Below, in pieces: positions 8,873 to 11,173 of a stretch of 11,173 nt of DNA. This DNA is from Geosiphon pyriformis uo1 (lineage: Eukaryota; Fungi; Glomeromycota), in assembly GCA_016748015.1 (NCBI GenBank), contig JAAOMT010000285.1, positions 1-11,173 on the forward strand. Direction: 5' to 3'. Position 1 is the first letter of the stretch. Each line of letters starts with the position of its first letter. The notes beneath the pieces are model-generated. The model saw only the letters and a list, made by a program, of their open reading frames with translations. It did no database searches and had not been told where the DNA came from. Position numbers and translations under genes: made by a program.

Positions 8873-9533
8873 AATATTGAGCTCTATTGAAATTCTTGAA
8901 CTCTTCTAATTCTCCTTTTTTGATTATTTCTTGAACTTCTTTTTCAAGAATCACTTGTGTTATTTTGGTTTGTAATTTTTCAAATTGGGCATTGGTCATT
9001 TTACCTATTTGATTAGTAGTAACTGTGTTTATTACTGTGTTAAATAGTATTTCTGGTCAGTCTTAAAATTCAGTCTGTAATTAATAGATGGCTCTTGCTT
9101 GTATTGTTAGATTGTTTTTTTTCACAAATTGCTCAAGATGTTATAGTATTGTTGTATTAAATAATTATTTTGTTTTATTTATATATAAATTCTGAATATT
9201 CAAATATTGTTCCAAATAGAAATAACAAAAGTTTCTTGGAAATTGTTGTATCCATTAATTCATGTTTTTATTATCATCTCTTAATATGGTACACCTTTTG
9301 TTTGTATTTTTATTGCTGCTTTTACTTTCATTATTACCTTGTTAATAATGTTTTCTGGTTTTTTTTGTTCTTTGCATTGAGGTCTCTTTTTTGTATTTTT
9401 GTATCAAATGATTTGTTGGTTAATAGTAATTTTCATATTTTGTTGTTGAATCAGTTGGAAGAGTTGTTGTGTCAGTGTGTATATTTTGTTAGTAATTTCT
9501 ATTTTTTTGGTATTTTTTTGTTACATATATCAT
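8871..9533 (-). pseudogene. Extra ~220-aa ORF of unknown function (element C copy)
   Basis: ..KKIEITNKIYTLTQQLFQLIQQQNMKITINQQII...WIQQFPRNFCYFYLEQYLNIQNLYINKTK*LFNTTIL*HLEQFVKKNNL...TNQIGKMTNAQFEKLQTKITQVILEKEVQEIIKKGELEEFKNFNRAQY*. Homologous to 5055-5705. Confidence 0.8.
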
Positions 9534-9556
9534 GTCTTATATACTCTTTTGGTTGT

Positions 9557-10088
9557 TTAATTTGATGTGTTTGGTTTAATAATTATAATTGGTTCCAGAT
9601 TTCATGAAATCTTATCTGGTAGACTAGTATTTGTTGTACTTCTAGTTGTGAAATATTATTGGTGAATGATGATATTATAGAGTGATATGGTTTCAGTTGA
9701 TTACTATGTGCTGCTTTGGCTAATATTTTGTTGTCTCATCTTAATTTATAAGCTTTATTTTCTAGAATTTCTTCTATGTGAAATGGTCCATCCTAATTGG
9801 GATCAAATATTTTACTCCTTTGTTTTTCTGCTTTGGTATAATGTAAAAATACTTTGTTTCCAATCCTGAATTCAACTGGTTTATCTAGTAGTTGGTTATT
9901 ATGTCTTTCTTTTTGTTTTTCTTGTGACTTTTCAATATTATCAGCTGCTCTTCACTATTTGTTTTCTAGTGTTTCTATTATGTCATATGTTCTTCTCAAC
10001 AATGGTTTTTAGAAATTGTCTTCTGTTATTGGTTTAGTTGAATATGTGTTGACTTTTATTTTAACTGGTAATGTTGCTGTTTTACTGT
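9557..10088 (-). pseudogene. pol: Integrase C-terminal part of element C (GPY/F region), truncated by element D
   Basis: SKTATLPVKIKV..PITEDNF...QEKQKERHNNQL..PVEFRIGNKVFL..FDPN*DGPFHIEEILENKAYKL...DLEPIIIIKPNTSN*. Matches B ~4590-5030. Confidence 0.9.
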
Positions 10089-10315
10089 TGTTACCAAACG
10101 AAATTAGAGATATCATTTAGCATGAAACTATCTTATAATTCCTATCATTAATTAGCATATATTATCATTCAAATTATCACTTATTACATTAACAAAAAAA
10201 AAAAAAAATGTCCAAAATTATCATTTAATTAATAACCCAAATTGTACACAACACAAATGTAACCTAATTGTGATATTCAATCATGTAATACCCCAAACTA
10301 TGTAACATTCAAAAG

Positions 10316-10427
10316 TTCATCAAAATTTATAGAAATTTACCGAAATAATTGATAGTTCACCAAAATATCTAATAGTTTGCAGAAATAACTTGTAGTTTGC
10401 GAAAATGTATCTTTAGTTCAGCAAAAT
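10316..10427 (+). repeat. Phased array of six 11-bp motifs (consensus ~TTYRCCRAAAT) in U3 of LTR D
   Basis: Copies start at 10316, 10336, 10356, 10376, 10396 and 10417 (spacing 20, 20, 20, 20, 21). Confidence 0.75.
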
Positions 10428-10777
10428 TATAGAAAATAGCAAAGTTCAAGTTCATAGAATAGTGTTATGACAAGTTATATAAAAGAAGAGCTTCTCTTTT
10501 CGAGAAAATGTATCTTACTTTAGATTTATCACTTGGAACTATTCCTACACACAAAAAGAAATAAATATCAAATAATTTGAAAAACCAAATTCTTTAATTA
10601 TTGTACTTAAAAAATCTCCAAAACCCAACTAACATTTCGAAATTGATTAGCTACCAATTTCAGTAAAACTGTTAGTGACTCCAGGCCTGAATAGAAAACG
10701 TTTTCCTTGATAAAATTCTATTTCTTTTACATTTCTTTTATTTTCTTTTATTTTCTTATCATAATTATTAGGGTAAC

Positions 10778-10899
10778 CTACAGACGAGATTCCTGTAGAA
10801 GAGTTGACTTTCACAGCAAAGTAACTACACATTTTTAGTGAGCTTCCAGATGAGCAATTCCTGGGAAAAAGTTGACGTTTACTACAATGTAACTACACA
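10778..10899 (+). repeat. Two diverged copies (period ~68 bp) of a two-hairpin module in R/U5 of LTR D; counterpart in LTR A at ~2670-2792 (-)
   Basis: Unit 1: CTACAG-ACGAGATTC-CTGTAG..AGTT-G-ACTTT-CACAGC-AAAGT-AACT-ACACA. Unit 2: TTCCAG-ATGAGCAATTC-CTGGGA..AGTT-G-ACGTT-TACTAC-AATGT-AACT-ACACA. Confidence 0.7.
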
Positions 10900-11076
10900 A
10901 AGCAACTGGCACGGAATTGGCCATTCCACTTATAAGCCCAGCAATTCAAATTATAGAAGATAATTTGAAGATAAATTCAGTTACTGGAGGTTCAACCACA
11001 TCCAGAAAATGTGAATTCACAGCAAACAGGCATCAACAACATTCAAGAAAAGAGACCAAAAACCTTTGGTAACATT

Positions 11077-11091
11077 TGGTGCTCTCTCACG
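11077..11091 (+). promoter_or_regulatory. Primer-binding site of element D
   Basis: TGGTGCTCTCTCACG, 2 nt after the LTR 3' end. It is complementary to a tRNA ending ...GAGAGCACCA. The tRNA identity cannot be determined here. Confidence 0.88.
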
Positions 11092-11173
11092 AAAACAACA
11101 CAGCAAAAACAACTTCAAAGTGGCAACCACACCAGACACAACAACTCTAAAGTATTACCAGTCAATTTACACC

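Larger units (their letters stand above)
8031..10088 (-). mobile_element. Element C: 3' part of a family-2 Ty3/gypsy element, inserted in the LINE
   Basis: Integrase C-terminus, extra ORF, PPT and LTR, all homologous to B in inverted orientation. LINE coding sequence resumes immediately at 8030. Confidence 0.92.
10089..11074 (+). repeat. 5' LTR of element D (986 bp)
   Basis: 10-bp terminal inverted repeat (TGTTACCAAA / TTTGGTAACA), TATATAAAAG at 10476-10485, colinear with LTR A. Confidence 0.93.
10089..11173 (+). mobile_element. Element D: 5' end of a family-1 Ty3/gypsy element, running off the right edge
   Basis: LTR, PBS and start of the gag frame (KQHSKNNFKVATTPDTTTLKYYQSIYT), homologous to A (K*HSNNKFKVVTTPDTAILEYYQLIYT). 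Confidence 0.92.

Noticed and set aside
4735-9869. Similar hydrophobic ORFs 4735..4920 (-) and 9687..9869 (+), and 9170..9565 (+), as a membrane-protein or antisense env gene
   Set aside because: They are antisense to integrase or the extra ORF. Their similarity follows from B/C homology and their hydrophobicity from the T-rich strand.
10647-10832. 61-aa minus-strand ORF in LTR D
   Set aside because: Short, crosses a low-complexity T-rich tract, has no motif, and the homologous stretch in LTR A is not an equivalent open frame.
10778-10899. Hammerhead ribozyme, H/ACA RNA or iron-responsive element as the identity of the LTR hairpin module
   Set aside because: CAGAYGAG resembles CUGANGA but lacks the U, a proper stem II-GAAA and an NUH site. 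The hairpins are too short for H/ACA and only unit 1 has ANANNA. An IRE needs a bulged C and a CAGUGN loop.
2498-11074. One large element bounded by ~1-kb terminal inverted repeats (DIRS/Polinton/foldback) or a single inverted duplication
   Set aside because: Each repeat is a self-contained TG...CA LTR followed outward by its own PBS and gag. The inner junctions fall at different places in pol, and no tyrosine recombinase or polB is seen.

Overview
AT-rich, CpG-poor eukaryotic DNA made entirely of decayed, nested retrotransposons. No intact host gene, RNA gene or CRISPR array is visible. The style of the proteins suggests an early-diverging (Glomeromycotina/Geosiphon-like) fungus, but this is recollection only and needs a database search. 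Layout: (A) 1-3462, minus strand, 5' half of a Ty3/gypsy element (LTR 2498-3462, PBS, one gag-protease frame). A sits in the RNase H of (B) 3463-~6603, plus strand, 3' half of a second Ty3/gypsy family (RNase H, integrase, an extra ~220-aa ORF, PPT, 3' LTR). Next is a ~1.4-kb minus-strand LINE ORF2 fragment with RNase H (~6604-8030). This is cut by (C) 8031-10088, minus strand, a relative of B. C is cut in its integrase by (D) 10089-end, plus strand, a relative of A (5' LTR, PBS, start of gag). The window is a pseudo-mirror image apparently built by independent insertions. Most notable: a conserved unknown ORF between integrase and PPT in B and C; a gag frame that opens inside the LTR with no AUG for ~310 codons; a duplicated two-hairpin module with covariation in R/U5 of the A/D LTR; and a 20-21-bp phased motif array in its U3.
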